A stretch of DNA of 64,000 nucleotides, taken from positions 63,983,196 to 64,047,195 of the forward strand of contig NC_057719.1 in NCBI RefSeq assembly GCF_004010195.1, given 5' to 3'. Both the position numbers and the translations under genes were made by a program. This DNA is from Chiloscyllium plagiosum (lineage: Eukaryota). Below the pieces are notes generated by a model, which had not been told where the DNA came from, did no database searches, and saw only the letters and a program-made list of their open reading frames with translations. Below are positions 26,943 through 40,456 of this stretch, piece after piece. Position 1 is the first letter of the stretch. Each line of letters starts with the position of its first letter.

Positions 26943-29900
26943 CAAACTCAGATATTGAAGCGGGAAGAGGGTAAGGTGTAATTTTTAGTAATTCTTAACG
27001 CATGAAATGAGAAGGACCCTTTTTAATTTTGTAGTGCAGATGATTGTAGCAACATTTTGAAATTGATTGATAGTTTTGTTAATGTTTACTGTGCAGATTT
27101 TACCATTCAATAGCATTTCAAATAAAATTGTCCAAGTTAAGGTAGCAAACTTACTACCTAGGAGGATTTTCACAATTTGGTTGTTTTAATTTGTAGTTTA
27201 GTATATTATACAGGCACACATTTCACTCAAACAAACTACCTACATATTTAAAAGATAAATCACTGAAGTCCTTCCAGAGTTTTAGGGCGCGCTCTCATTA
27301 GGGAGAGCGCGCCCTAAACTGGTCACAGTTTAACTTGTGGGTCACCATGCTTCCAGTGAAGGACTCCATAGAAGAGTCCTTTTGAGGTAACCTCATCAAG
27401 TGCAGGAATTGAACCATGCTGATGGAGTCATGGTATTACAAACCAGCTATCCAGCCAACTAAGCTAATCAGTCTTTAAGACTCACTATGTTATAGGTTGT
27501 CTACTTTTCTGTTCAAGTACTGCATTTTGATGTTTAGAAATTAGGATATTTTAGTTTAGCCTTCCATTACCTTAATTGCAGTGATATATCAGTTGTTTTA
27601 TTCTGACTCCTACTCCAGTTTACCCTTCAAATGAGTGATGCAGCACCTAAACAGCGGCTTAGATTAGGGTGCATTGATAAATTACTCTACTGATTATTTG
27701 TTAAAATGTTGTAATGTTTTGCCAAAACCTCATTTTAGTATTTTTCCAAGCATGAGTCGACGCATACAGTCACATTAATTTGAAGATATTTGGATGCCAC
27801 TTCTACCCTTCATTCTTCTTATCCCAGAGGTTTCTTTAATTTATATTTTATCCCCATCTAGTGGCTTTATTGAGAAGTTTCATGTTGCCATATAATTCAG
27901 GTTTTCCCCGCACCCACTCTTTGCCACTCTCTGTGCTGAAGGTCTGCTGTTGATGCCTCACACTCAGATTTAGTCGTCTTGGCATTGACATTTATGCACA
28001 AAACTTTTTATGCAATGCTCCTGATTAATAGGGTAAAGTCTTAGCTGCATAGTTGGATAACTGGTGTCAGAGTTGCAAAGAACTCTGGTTAATGTTTCAG
28101 GTCCAGTGACATCTCTTCAGAACTGGTTCAAACCATTCCACACATTCTGCCATACCTGCTGAATTTTTACAACGATTTCTATTTTTGTTCATGATTTCTA
28201 GAATCGCAGTTCTTTCAGCTTTTTGTTTAGTGTTATTATAGCTGAGCTGTTTAGTTTTGTTTGGAAAGGTGTGGCAGACAGCTCTTGCCAGTAGTTTCTC
28301 ATGTACTTGCTGCCCTTGACCTCCTAGATGGTAGTGATCGTGAATTTAAAGGTGTTGCCTCAGGAAGTTTGGTGTGTTACTGCAGTGCAGCTTGTACATG
28401 GTGCATATTGCTGCTACTGTGCATCGATGGCAAAGGGAGTGAATGTTTGAGGATGTGCTGCCAATCAAATGACTGCATCAGTCTGGATAGTATCAAGCAT
28501 CTTGAGTGCTGTTGGACTATATTCAAGGAAAGTAAGATATATTCCATCACATCCTGTCTTCTGCCTCGTTGATGGTAAAAAGACTTTGGGAAGTCAGAAA
28601 GGGAATTGCCCTTTGCCAGATCCATTGCCTCTGAGCTGTTCTTGTAGCCACAGTATTTAGCAGCCCTGTTTCTGCTTAATGTCAAGGGTGATCATTATAT
28701 TGTCTCTTGTTGGAGATGTACCTTGATGTTTTCGGCTCTAACCATATTGTTCAGGTCTTGCCAGTTTTGGAAATTGATTGCTTCAGTATCTGAGGAGTTG
28801 CAAATTATACAGTCATCAGCAGACATTCCTGTCTGATCTTATGATGGAACAAAGCTCATTGTTGAAGATGCTTGGGCCTCGTACACCACCCTGAAGAACT
28901 TGAGGGCTCTTTTAGCATAATGGTAACATCCCTACCTTGGAGCCAAGAGGTCTGGGTTCATGTCCCACCTGCTCCACAGGTGTGTAACAATGTCTCCAAA
29001 CATTAGAAAATATCAACTCTGATGTACTCCTGCATAAATGTCTGGAGCTCAGATGACTGCGTTCCAGTGACCACAAATATGTTTGTTTATTTCTGTACTA
29101 GATGTGACTCCAACTAACAGATATACACAGATACCTCAAATACTCCTTGACTAGTTTTGCTTTACTTATTAGTTTGGCTGGTTGTCTGGCTGGCTTGTTA
29201 CGCAGAGTGACTACGACATTTTGTGTTAAACTCTTGTATTAGCTGAGGATACCATTCAAGGTCCCACTTTCTCAACCTTGCTCTTTACCTGAAGCATGGT
29301 TAAATTCACCACCGGTTTTGTCTCCTCTTTCTGTCTCAGCAAGCAGCCCTAAGGTTCCTTTGCCTTTTTTTTGTTTGTCAAGGCTGCCTTGATGTAAAGA
29401 TTGGTCACATGCAGCCTTGACTTCAAAGGCTGTCACTGTATCCTTGCCTGTAGTGTTCAGTTCTTTTGTCCATGTTTGAACCAACACTGTATTGTGCTTT
29501 GGAGCTGTGGCCCTGGCAAGCCCAAACTGAGCATTAGTGAGCAATTTATTGTCAAATAAGTACTGCTGATAGCACTGTTCGTGGTCCTTTCCATCGCCTT
29601 ATTGATCAAATGTAGACTGATGGGGCGGTAAATGACTCTGTTTGATTTGTCCTCCTTTTTTTGTATCTAAGACTTAGCTGAGCAATTCTTCAAAATATTA
29701 GGTAGATGCACGTAATGTAGAACAGCTTGGCAAGTTCAGGAGCACATCTTTAGTAGTATTGCCAAAATGTTGTCAGGACCCATAACATTTCCAGTATCCA
29801 ATATTTCGGCCGTTTCTTGCTAGCGTGCAGTGAACCAAATTGACTGAAGACAGAATCTGGGCACATCCGGGCAAGTGCAAGATAAATTGGTTTCAGCCTT

Positions 29901-30445
29901 ATCTTTTTGCACTGATGTGCTGATCCACCCACTCGAAGGATGGGGACTTAGTGGAGTCACCTTCTCCATGAGTTGTTTAATTGTCCATCAACCTTCATAA
30001 CTAGATATGGCAGGAATGCAGAACTTAAATCTAATCTCTTGACTGCGGAATTGTTAATCTCTGAGTAGCAATTGTTGCTTATGCTGTTGGTCATGCATGT
30101 ACTCCTGTCTTGTAACTTGGGGGGCAGTTGGCTGGATGGTAGCTTGCAATGCACAGGTTCAACTTGTGCATGGGCTGAGGTTACCATGAAGGCCACTCCT
30201 CAATTTCTCCCCTCACCTGAGGTGTGCTGACCCTCATTAAGCCACCACCAGTCATCTTCATGTAATGAGAGAGCAGCCCCATGATTTCTGAGACTGTGAT
30301 GTCTTTACTGGGTGCTGCTCCTTGCATGTCTTCACTTTGCATTGAACCAGAATTGCTGCCCTGAATTGATAGTAGAGTGAGGGATCTGCCAGACTACAAG
30401 CTTATAGATTGCTTCAGTACATTTGTTGCTGCCAGTTTGTGAATG

Positions 30446-30573
30446 ACTATCACCTGATGAAGGAGCGTCGCTCCGAAAGCTAGTGTGCTTCCAATTAAAC
30501 CTGTTGGACTATAACCTAATGTTGTGTGATTTTTAATTTTGCACACCCCAGTCCAACACCGGCATCTCCAAAT
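30446..30573 (+). mobile_element. Penelope-terminus single-arm insertion (family B)
   Basis: 13 bp TSD cagttt(g/c)tgaatg at 30433-45 / 30574-86; same family as 39191-39386. Confidence 0.85.
30451..30485 (+). ncRNA. Minimal type-I hammerhead ribozyme motif
   Basis: cac-CTGATGA-a-ggagc(gtc)gctcc-GAAA-GC-TA-gtg: core intact, 5 bp stem II, 3 bp stem I, palindromic AGCT in place of stem III. Activity untested. Confidence 0.7.
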
Positions 30574-31657
30574 CAGTTTCTGAATGGCCAGTGTTGAGTT
30601 GCTCGATCTTTTCAAAGCCTATCCTGTTTAGCACAGTGATGCATCACACAGCATAATAGAGGTGTATCACCACTGTGAAGACAGTGGTTCATTTCCACAA
30701 AGACTGTATGATGGTCACATCTACCAATACTGTTAGGGACAGATGTGACTTCAGCAGGCAGATTGGAAAGGTCTGCGATCAAGTATGTTTTTACCTCTGG
30801 TTAATTTGTTCACTATCTGCCACAAAACCAGTATAGCCGCCAATGTTCATCCAGACTAGCCAATTTAATCAGCAATGTTGCTGCCAAACTCCACTCTTCA
30901 TGGTGGTCATTTGGCTGGTTCCATCCAGAGTATATTCTGTGCACTTGCTGTCAGTTGTGCTTCCTCGAAACAGCTTAACACAGCAATACTGATTGTTGAG
31001 ATGAGCAAGGGTATAGTAATAAGTAGGATGTTTCCTGGCTCATGTTTCACCTAAAGCCATGAGACTGAGGTCAGGAGTTCGTGTTGATGACTCCGGCAAT
31101 TCTTTACCAACTGTATAAAATTGTGCTGCCACCTCTACTGACAGTGGAACAAAACACAACTAGAAATGCTGGTATTGTCTGGGATATTGTGTATAAGGTA
31201 TTATTCCAAAATTGGTACTTGACTAATGTGAGACATTTCTCCTAATTGTGCCACAACCTCCAGTTGGTTGGTAAGGAGGACTTTGTAGCGTCAACAGGGT
31301 GAGTTTGCCATTGTAGTTTCTAATGTCAAAGGTCAACATCAGGTGTTCTATCTGGTTTCACTCGTTTGTCCGAGACATTTCGCAGCTTGATGCAACTGCT
31401 TGGCCTAAAACAACAGAAGTCTGAAGAAGTTTCATAACAGACTTGAAATATTAACCTTGTTTTTCTCTATGTAGAAGCTACCTGACCAATTGTGTCTTCA
31501 GCAGCTTCTGTTTTTGTTAGTATCTTGAGTTGATTTCTTTCCTCCCCTTCTGTGCACTGCTGTACCCCCACCCTGTACACACCACTATTACTGACAGCTG
31601 ATTTATCAATAGTCTAGGCATTCAACCTGCCTGTCTAGTTCACCAAAACCTGAATAA

Positions 31658-31861
<204 letters not shown>

Positions 31862-32019
31862 TAAAAATACTTTCATTTTATTTTATAAATTTCTGTTGCT
31901 ATTTTTCTGTCCATCTGATCCTTATGAAACACTGTGTGGTTTTCATGTTTCTGGTATTACAGAATTGCATTGACTGATATTTAGATGCAGCCCAGCATTT
32001 CTTTTTGTTATCCATATAG

Positions 32020-32097
32020 GCTGATATGCATGGTACACTGACGTTTGTGCTGATTCCCAGTCAGCAGACCAGGAATCCTCCTACCAAAGAGATGGTG
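32020..32097 (+). CDS. PALS1: PALS1 coding exon 6, PDZ end and linker
   Basis: ADMHGTLTFVLIPSQQTRNPPTKEMV; atAG / GTAAGT; 78 nt. Confidence 0.95.
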
Positions 32098-32977
32098 GTA
32101 AGTAAGTAATGCTTCAAGCAATATTAGAAGGTACCCATAGTGATATAAGTTAACAATTGTTTGACCATATCTTGTAGATTTAGCAGATTAACTTCAATTT
32201 CATCAAAATAATTTTAGTATTTATTTTCCCCAATCAGTCCCATATGTCAACTTTTTCAAATTAAACAGATTGAACACTGAGTAAGTGCTTTGTTTGGGCA
32301 AGGTGAAATGGGTTTCTCCCTCTACTGGTCAGGGGATTCAAAATTAGAGATTTTTTGTGGCATTATGGTGAGTTATCAGTACCAAGGTTGAAGCCTCTCT
32401 TTTAATGAAAAACTGGAGATTAGGTTGTCTTTATCCATAGAAAATTGTTCACTGATTAAGTCAAAAGTTTCAAAGCCCTGTAATATATGTACTGATATTT
32501 TGTTTTTTTAAAGTTGCATTGATGGATTAGGGTTCAGTGCAATTCAGTGTCCAGTATGTTAAAATCATAAGTATAATCTGTATGGTATATGTGCTTGCAG
32601 CGAGCTAATAAACAAAATTTCCATTGTCGTGGAGCATGCTCATAATTCTGAAGGGTCAGTGGACCCAAGACATGAGCTCTGATTTCTCTCAACGAATGTT
32701 ACCAGACCTACTGAGATTTTTTTTTGTTCTAATAATTTAGTTTATTATGTTTTGTCGTGTGAACTGCTATCAAACCCTGAGTGAAAAGTGCTATGAAAGG
32801 GCCAAGAGCTTCCCACTTTTAAACTGAAAAGTAAATTCTAGGAGCTGTCAGGCAAACTGGTTAGAGATCTCGTTTTCCAAGTTTTGAATTCATTGTGGTG
32901 ATGGGAGTGGATGAGAGAAGAAAAGATTGCTTTTAAACTTTTTTAAAAAAGGAAAATCTGCACGTTTTTATTAATAG

Positions 32978-33184
<207 letters not shown>

Positions 33185-33212
33185 TGAGTACACAGCGACG
33201 ATTTTTGAACTA

Positions 33213-33811
33213 CAAGTAGTTCTGGGATAACGGAAGTTTCGGTGGCATGATTCGACTATGCTGTCGTTGAAGAATTAGGGAGCAGTATTTTGAAGAACGC
33301 TTTCCTCCATTGATAATAGTGTGATTTCCAGTGGGGATCAATTCGCGTGCTTTGTACTGCACATGCACCCATGTGCACACCAAAATCTCTGCACCATTCT
33401 GCACACAAGCTGTTCTGTGCGTGAATCAATGTCCTTGCTGTTCTGCACATGCACCAGTGTCCACATGTGCAATGTCGGTGCAAGGCTTCATGCCATCCTG
33501 TACATGCACGATGTCAGCTGCCAGCAGAGCAGCTTTTTGTGAGCAATACTCGACAGAGAGCAGCTTTCTTACATTTTTTTACATGTACTGTGTTAAATTT
33601 ACTTTTGTTTCGTTAATAATATGATTTCAACCTTCATTCAGGCTGTACTATACTTTGTGTTAGGCGTTTGGGTGAGTTTTTGAGTGATTGTGAATGAGGT
33701 TTTCTTTTTTGCTGGTCCGCCCCTAGCCCCACTTTTTCCATTGGCCCCATTATTTCTATTAAGCAAGTGTTTTGCTGGACTGCAACTCAGGTGTTATAGG
33801 AGAACTACCTG
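33213..33811. mobile_element. TA-flanked MITE with internal degenerate tgcac/atgtgc repeats
   Basis: TA|caagtagttct...ataac and gttat...agaactacctg|TA. Confidence 0.65.
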
Positions 33812-34758
33812 TATATGCTACATTTGTGCATCTCGGTTGTGAAAAGAGGTCCATGCCATATGTGACTAAAGGACAATTACTGCAAAACAGTCAGCTTTTG
33901 TCTGTGTTTTACATGCTTTTGTTAAAATGCTATTTTGTGAAATCAAAGTGAAAGGTTAATTCTACAGCTGGTATACAATTGGCTGTTCCAAAACTCAATC
34001 TAACCTCGAGTGAAGTAATGCTCATGCTAGAAATAGAATGCAAAATCGGAAAAATGCTGGAAATACAGGTCTGAAGAATGAAGCAGAATTAACATTTTAG
34101 TTGGTTGACTTTTTTCTGCCAATGTAATATCTATTCAATATAAACTTCATTGGTAAGTTGTTTTTTAAAAAATATTCTGCTGTTCAACTGAGATGCATGT
34201 ATACATGAGCATTTGTAAATTTTGCCAGCAATGAAGAACATATTTTTGTATTTTTTTCCCAGAGAGACATGAAATTTAATCATAAATCATAAAAACCTTC
34301 TTGCTATATTGCCAGTAAAGCTTAAGGCCAGCTCTCAGCCCAATAATTCATTTTTTGAATGAGAATTGCAGAGCGTCGCGTAAACTGTCTCGGATCTGTA
34401 GTTTGGTTTTATTTTGAATAGATTTAGTATTATTCAGTCTGAAATTGCTTATACATCTTGTTTAAATGCCAAACATTTTATTATGAAATATAATGGGTTG
34501 TATAATTGCATCCCTTGTCTTGAAACCTGATACAACAAAGAAGCTCTGTTTTGTTGGTAACCTTTCTCAAAAATACAAATTCTGATTTGTCAGCTTTGTT
34601 AGAAATAGATGTTTTGAGTTTTGTAGTATCTTCACGGGTCGAACAGCACAAATAATTTTTTCCTGATAATGTTTAAAAAGATTAAATTCATCTTTAATCT
34701 AGCTTGCAGCCAAGTATCTTACTTTTTACAGTAATCTTTTTCCTTTGTATATAAATAG

Positions 34759-34830
34759 GGAAAAGCTTCCAGCAACAAAGAGAAGCCATGAAACAAACCA
34801 TTGAGGAAGACAAAGAGCCAGAGAAATCAG
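34759..34830 (+). CDS. PALS1: PALS1 coding exon 8, HOOK region
   Basis: GKSFQQQREAMKQTIEEDKEPEKS; atAG / GTTAGA; 72 nt. Confidence 0.95.
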
Positions 34831-36038
34831 GTTAGAAGTAACTTAAATTCAAAGTCATGTTAGTGTAACTTTAAAATGTAAACAAATGAAATGAAAATTG
34901 GGAATACAGAATGGTCATAAAATGTATTTGTGTTATACTGTTGCCCATACTTTGTCTGACAGGGAAAAAAATATATAATTCAAGTAACACCATGATTAGC
35001 TAGTTGGTCTTGCATAGCAAAGATCCAGATATGGATTCCAGCTCGACTGTGTTCCTTTAAAGTGGCAATTGTATACATTTTTTTTCTGATTAGTGGCTGG
35101 GCCACTAGTTAATGGTCACAGCATTTGGACAGGAAGACATGTTTGTACAAACTGTACGCTGGAGCACATATGGAACAATCAGTGCTAGAAAGTAACCAAC
35201 ATGAGAGAACGCAAATGTGTCAGAATCTCCCAAATCCATTCACAACACCTTGTTTAACCGAAGAATTTTGAATTCATCAGGGGAACATTTTCGTGATTTT
35301 AAAATAATGCTAGAAAAAAAAACTTCCTGCATGTCTTTGATAAGTAACTTTGTTCCAAAGTCTGTCTTCATTTTAGGCTGTACATGGAAGATAAATGCTT
35401 CAGTGCATTTTAAAACTACTTAGCCATTGATTAATTGGTTATTCTAAGATTTTTGCAATTAAACTGCTCATCATTTACAAATTCATGAAGTCCAGCTGCC
35501 TAGTAATGCAGAAAATGAATTTGGATGGTACAGCGATGTACAGTTTTCAAAATTAATTCAGCTTCAGCACAAATAGTTGAGAATTTTTGTGTAATATGTT
35601 GTTAAGCAGCTATGAAACTGAACGGCTCTTAGGATTGTCGCTCGTTATGGTTTCTGTTTTAGATTGCCTTGTACATGTTGACTGCTAATTGGGTAGATAC
35701 CAGTGAGGCATTCAGAGAATTACTTAAGTTTTAAAAATACAGCTTGGCAGGCTGTTTAAAGATTGAAGCTGTTGCTACCTTAAATGGAGTTTTTTTCATA
35801 AGTCAAAAGTCGTTAAGTGTTGAATGTTATGATGGCATGCTGAATAAAGCAATTTATATTACAAAAATAAGGGACTTTGTTTCATTAAAGGTAAACAAAT
35901 ATTACTTTAGTTGGTGTCCATTAAATCATAGTATATTGTAATATTCTAATTTATTATACAGCATTTGGTGTCCCAATTTAGTTACAAGTCATTATTAAAT
36001 TATGAATCTGAAGTTTAGCTGCGTTATAAAGATAAGAA

Positions 36039-36220
36039 CTGAAAAATGTGTTGCTGGAAAAGCGCATCAGGTCAGGCAGCATCAAAGGAGCAGGAGAATC
36101 GAAGTTTCGGGCATAAGGAAACGTCGGTTCTCCTGCTCCTTTGCTGCCTGACCTGCTGTGCTTTTCTAGCAACACATTTTTCAGCTCTGATCTCCAGCAG
36201 CTGCAGTCCTCACTTTCTCC
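36039..36220 (+). mobile_element. Penelope-terminus hairpin insertion (family A)
   Basis: Inverted arms; perfect 14 bp TSD tataaagataagaa at 36025-38 / 36221-34. Confidence 0.88.
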
Positions 36221-36699
36221 TATAAAGATAAGAAATCAACCATTAAACATTTTGAAGTTGGTTTAATTTCAAATATCAATAAAGGTTAACAAAAGGCATT
36301 GGAATCCTGAACTTTCAAATGATTGCTGTGTTGTTGCTATTACAGCAGACTCTGAAAGTTATGGTATCCTGTTTGCGATGTAATTATTTTTCAGGCAGTT
36401 TGGAAAGAACCCTGAATGAATCAAAAATACTGTATAATCAGTACCTGGCAAACGGTTACAGGTAATTAGTAAACAAAAAGGCATGACTTCATGTATTTCA
36501 TGCAGCAAATTCTGATCATCTGGAATACAGTGCTATAAAGGGTGGTAGAAGTAGATTCAGCAGTAATTTTCAAAAGGAATTGAATAAATTAAGGACTATA
36601 ATTTAGAGGTTGAAAATTAAACTCTCATAGCTTTTTGAAAGAGAAACTCAGCAGCTTTGGTAGCATCTGTGAGAAGATAACAGGGTTAACATTTCAGAT

Positions 36700-37460
36700 T
36701 GAAGTCAGAAGTTTCACAACACCAGGTTATAGATTTATTTGAAATCGCAAGCTTTTGGAGCACAGCCCCTTTGTCAGGTAAAGTGAGAGAGAAGAGCACA
36801 CAGATGAGTTTATAGGCAGAGATCAAGGGCAGAGAGATCAAAAGATCTCTCATCTGGTGAGAGTGGAATGTCAGATAATAAGTCTCCAAGTGACCAAGAG
36901 TTTTAGATGGTGAGTAAAGTATCAACAGCTAAATAACTAGCCAAGGGATGACCTATAATCTGATTGAGGTAGAGAGATAATTACAAAAACTTAAAATTAA
37001 AATGGGAACTAAACAACTGGAATAACTTAATAGTATAAGAGTCACATGCTGAGGATCTAACTGAAGTAATAACTGTATAAACAAATTAAAATAGAGAGAA
37101 CAAATCATTTTATCAAGGTGATGGTATCAAAACAGGATAATAAGGAAGATTTTACAAATTCAGAAGTGTAGTGGGGTCACATGTAGCGCGACATGACCCC
37201 AAGATCACAAGGCAATCATCACGGGTACGGAAGTTGGCTATCGGTTTCTGCTTGGCAATTCTGCAATGTGTATTTCAATGTCCACTTGGAGGACGCTTAT
37301 CCGAAGATTAGTGTTCCCTGACTGAGAGGAAACGTTCCTGTCTGGAGGTTTGTTGCATAGGTATCCATTCATCTGTTGTCATAGCATCTGCATGGTCTCG
37401 CCAGTATACTATGCCTTGGACATCCTTGCCTCCAGTGTATGAGATAGACAACATTGGCAA
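36700..37460 (-). mobile_element. Decayed Penelope-like 3' fragment (GIY-YIG end plus family-B-like terminus)
   Basis: Minus strand reads ANVVYLI...YTGETMQML across a frameshift; terminus has a degenerate hammerhead ctgacaaaggggctgtgctccaaaagctt. Confidence 0.7.
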
Positions 37461-37754
37461 GTTGTAGTTTGGAAATCCTAGCTACTAACCGAGCAGATGA
37501 AGAGTCACTGGACTTCTGCCAAACCAGCTGAATTTCTCCAGGAATTTCTGTTTTTATTTGAGATCTCCAGTATCTACAGTTCTTTATTTAACTTGAGCTT
37601 TTTGAAAGTGTCAGCTCGGGCACTTTGGTTAAAATAATGAGAATTTTTTTATTCGAACCTTGTCCACTCTTTACACTGTGTAGTATGTTTTCTGTTTAAA
37701 AGTTAGTCTTGCAATTTATTTTAAATACTTGGTACAGAATGACATCAGGCCTAA

Positions 37755-37868
<114 letters not shown>

Positions 37869-38465
37869 TAATATATGGATCTTGATTTCATGAAATGTAA
37901 CCACCATGGTGCAGCATTTGCTAAAAGCATACTAACTTATGACTGAAGCTTAGTGAGTTTTGCATTGAAATGTGGTCAGGATGTTTCAACATGTCAAAAG
38001 TCTTTTCATGTGACAATTAATCTGCTCATTACCGATGTTCCTTACATTTTAAAACAAAATGTCAGTGGAAGTGATTGACATCCATCTTCAGCTCTACTGG
38101 AACAGACTCAGTTATTAAAAAAATGGGTCAGGCCCTTTGTCTCAACTGACTGCTCATGCTGGCCACTCTATACTGCCCAGTGTATGCCAAGGCAATAGTT
38201 AGTTCCATTGCTGCTAGGGGAGAAAGGGCCCAGTTCAAATTGCTGAAAATTGGAATGAGATGACAGAGCAAAAGGGTTAATTTGTATAATGATGCAATAC
38301 TAGTGGCAAAGGGAAACTATGTAAAGAAAAGCAACAAAGAGAGAAGTATTAGGAATTTTAGGAAAGTTGCTAAAAACTGACATACTGTAGGAATGAACAG
38401 AAGTACTATGAAGCAAACACGTTAACTTTTTAATGTAAAATTCAAAATGTTCGAAGGGTAGCCGA

Positions 38466-39175
38466 GGGAGTGTTGCTGAACAAAGTGTTGCAGGTTCACA
38501 GTTCCTTGAAAGTGGAGTCGCAAGTAGATGGGATAGTGAAGAAGGCATTTGGTATCCTTTCTTTTATTGGTCAGAGTATTGAATACAGGAATTGGGAGGT
38601 CATGTTGTGGCTGTACAGGACATTGGTTAGGCCACTATTGAATATTGCGTGCAATTCTGGTCTCCTTCCTATCGGAACGATGTTGTCAAACTTGGAAGGG
38701 ATCAGAAAAGCTGTACAAGGATGTTGCCAGGGTTGGAGGATTTGAGCTATAGGGAGAGGCTGAACATGCTGGGGCTGTTTTCCCTGGAGCATCGGAGGCT
38801 GAGGGGTGACCTTATAGAGGTTTACAAAATTGAGGGGCATGGATAGGGTAAATAGGCAAAGTCTTTTCCCTGGGGACAAGGAGTCCAGAACTAGAGGGCA
38901 TAGGTTGAGGGTGAGAGGGGAAAAATATGAAAGAGACCTAAGGGGCACCTTTTTCACAGATGGTGGTACGTGTGTGGAATGAGCTGCCAGAGGAAGTGGT
39001 GCTGGAGGCTGCTACAATTGCAACATTTTAAGAAACATTTGGATGGGTATATGAATAGGAAGGGTTCGGAGGGATATGGGCTGGGCAGGTGGGACTCGAT
39101 TGGGTTGGGATATCTGGTCGGCTTGGACGGGTTGGACCGAAGGGTCTGTTTCCATGCTGTACATCTCTGACTCTA
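38466..39175 (+). mobile_element. 5'-truncated CR1 LINE 3' end
   Basis: LYRTLVRPLL, QFWSP, RRLRGDLIEVYKI; ends acatctctgactctat. Confidence 0.9.
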
Positions 39176-39190
39176 TGTATGTATATTAAG

Positions 39191-39386
39191 TTATAGTCCA
39201 GCAGGTTTAATTGGAAGCGCACTAGCTTTTGGAGCAACGCTCCTTCATCAGGTGATAGACTATCACCTGATGAAGGAGCATTGCTCCAAAAGCTAGTGTG
39301 CTTCCAATTAAACCTGTTGGACTATAACCTGGTGTTGTGTGATTTTTAACTTTGTACACCCCAGTCCAATACCGGCATCTCCAAAT
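39191..39386 (+). mobile_element. Penelope-terminus hairpin insertion (family B)
   Basis: ~67 bp arms with a tiny loop; 13 bp TSD tatgtatattaag at 39178-90 / 39387-99. Confidence 0.88.
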
Positions 39387-39590
39387 TATGTATATTAAGA
39401 TTTCTGTGTTTCCCCCTTAGCGGTTTCTTGTACTTTCAGCTGCCCCCTCAAAGCCCTTTCCGTTTGCTTCCCCATTTTTTGTGTATGCCTTTGAAGGTCA
39501 TCAAAGAAAAATTGGATAGGTGTAGATATAAATAGCGTATCTGATTTAATCTTTGTGAATGACTGTTGTATTTCTGTTTTCCACCAACAG

Positions 39591-39758
39591 ACTATGACAA
39601 CGATGAGATCTTGACCTATGAAGAAATGTCACTATATCACCAACCTGCAAGCAGAAAAAGGCCAATTGTTTTGATTGGTCCCCCAAACTGTGGTCAGAAT
39701 GAACTGCGACAGAAACTGATGGAAAGAGAGGTTGATCGTTTTGCTCTAGCAGTACCTC
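39591..39758 (+). CDS. PALS1: PALS1 coding exon 10, start of GK domain
   Basis: [31 protein letters not shown]...FALAVP; acAG / GTAAGT; 168 nt. Confidence 0.96.
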
Positions 39759-39836
39759 GTAAGTTATCTGAACCATCTAGCTTTAACTATGTTCAATAGT
39801 ATGTTTTCTGTCTCACTCATTTCTTTACATTTGTAG

Positions 39837-40039
39837 ATACAACACGACCTATGAGAGATGAAGAAGTAAATGGGCGAGATTACCTTTTTGTGTCACGGCA
39901 GTTTTTTGAAGCAGACATGGCAACTAACAAATTCATCGAACATGGGGAATATGAAAAGAACCTTTATGGCACCAGTATTGATTCAGTGCGACAAGTGATC
40001 AACTCTGGAAAAATATGCCTGTTAAATTTACATACCCAG
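39837..40039 (+). CDS. PALS1: PALS1 coding exon 11, GK domain
   Basis: [21 protein letters not shown]...[27 protein letters not shown]; tgtAG / GTAAGC; 203 nt. Confidence 0.96.
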
Positions 40040-40456
40040 GTAAGCTGCTAAAGTACAAGTTATGAAAGCAAAATATTATAGAAATCTGAAAATCAGAAAA
40101 TGCTGCAAATAATCCTAGGTCTGGCAGTATTTATGAAAAGAGATTTAACATTTTGGATTTATGAGCATTTGTCTAAACTTGCAAAAGTTAGATATATTAT
40201 TTGGATAAAAAGATTTTTGTCAACATTTAAGTAGGAGACAAATGGAATATTTTTAATGCTAGGTATTTGACAGTTAAGTAATAACAGGTCAACTACAATT
40301 CCTCAGTGAATTAATAAAGTGAAATGAAGAGACAAAATGACTTGTACAAATCAAGCGAGGGGAAGGAGAAGAGGTTCATTGTCACAAGTGTAGATTGTAT
40401 AAAAACATGAAAAGATAATGAACAGCTGATCGAGCCAGAGCCCAAGGTAGAGTGGC

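Larger units (their letters stand above)
28240..31390 (-). mobile_element. Old LINE (same family as 18825-20460) with several nested SINE/Penelope insertions
   Basis: Minus strand AQFG...LVQTWTKELN...AFEVKAACD. Confidence 0.7.

Noticed and set aside
26585..26974. 129/157 aa ORFs and tRNA-like head
   Set aside because: Coincide with a SINE; no complete cloverleaf, so not a tRNA gene
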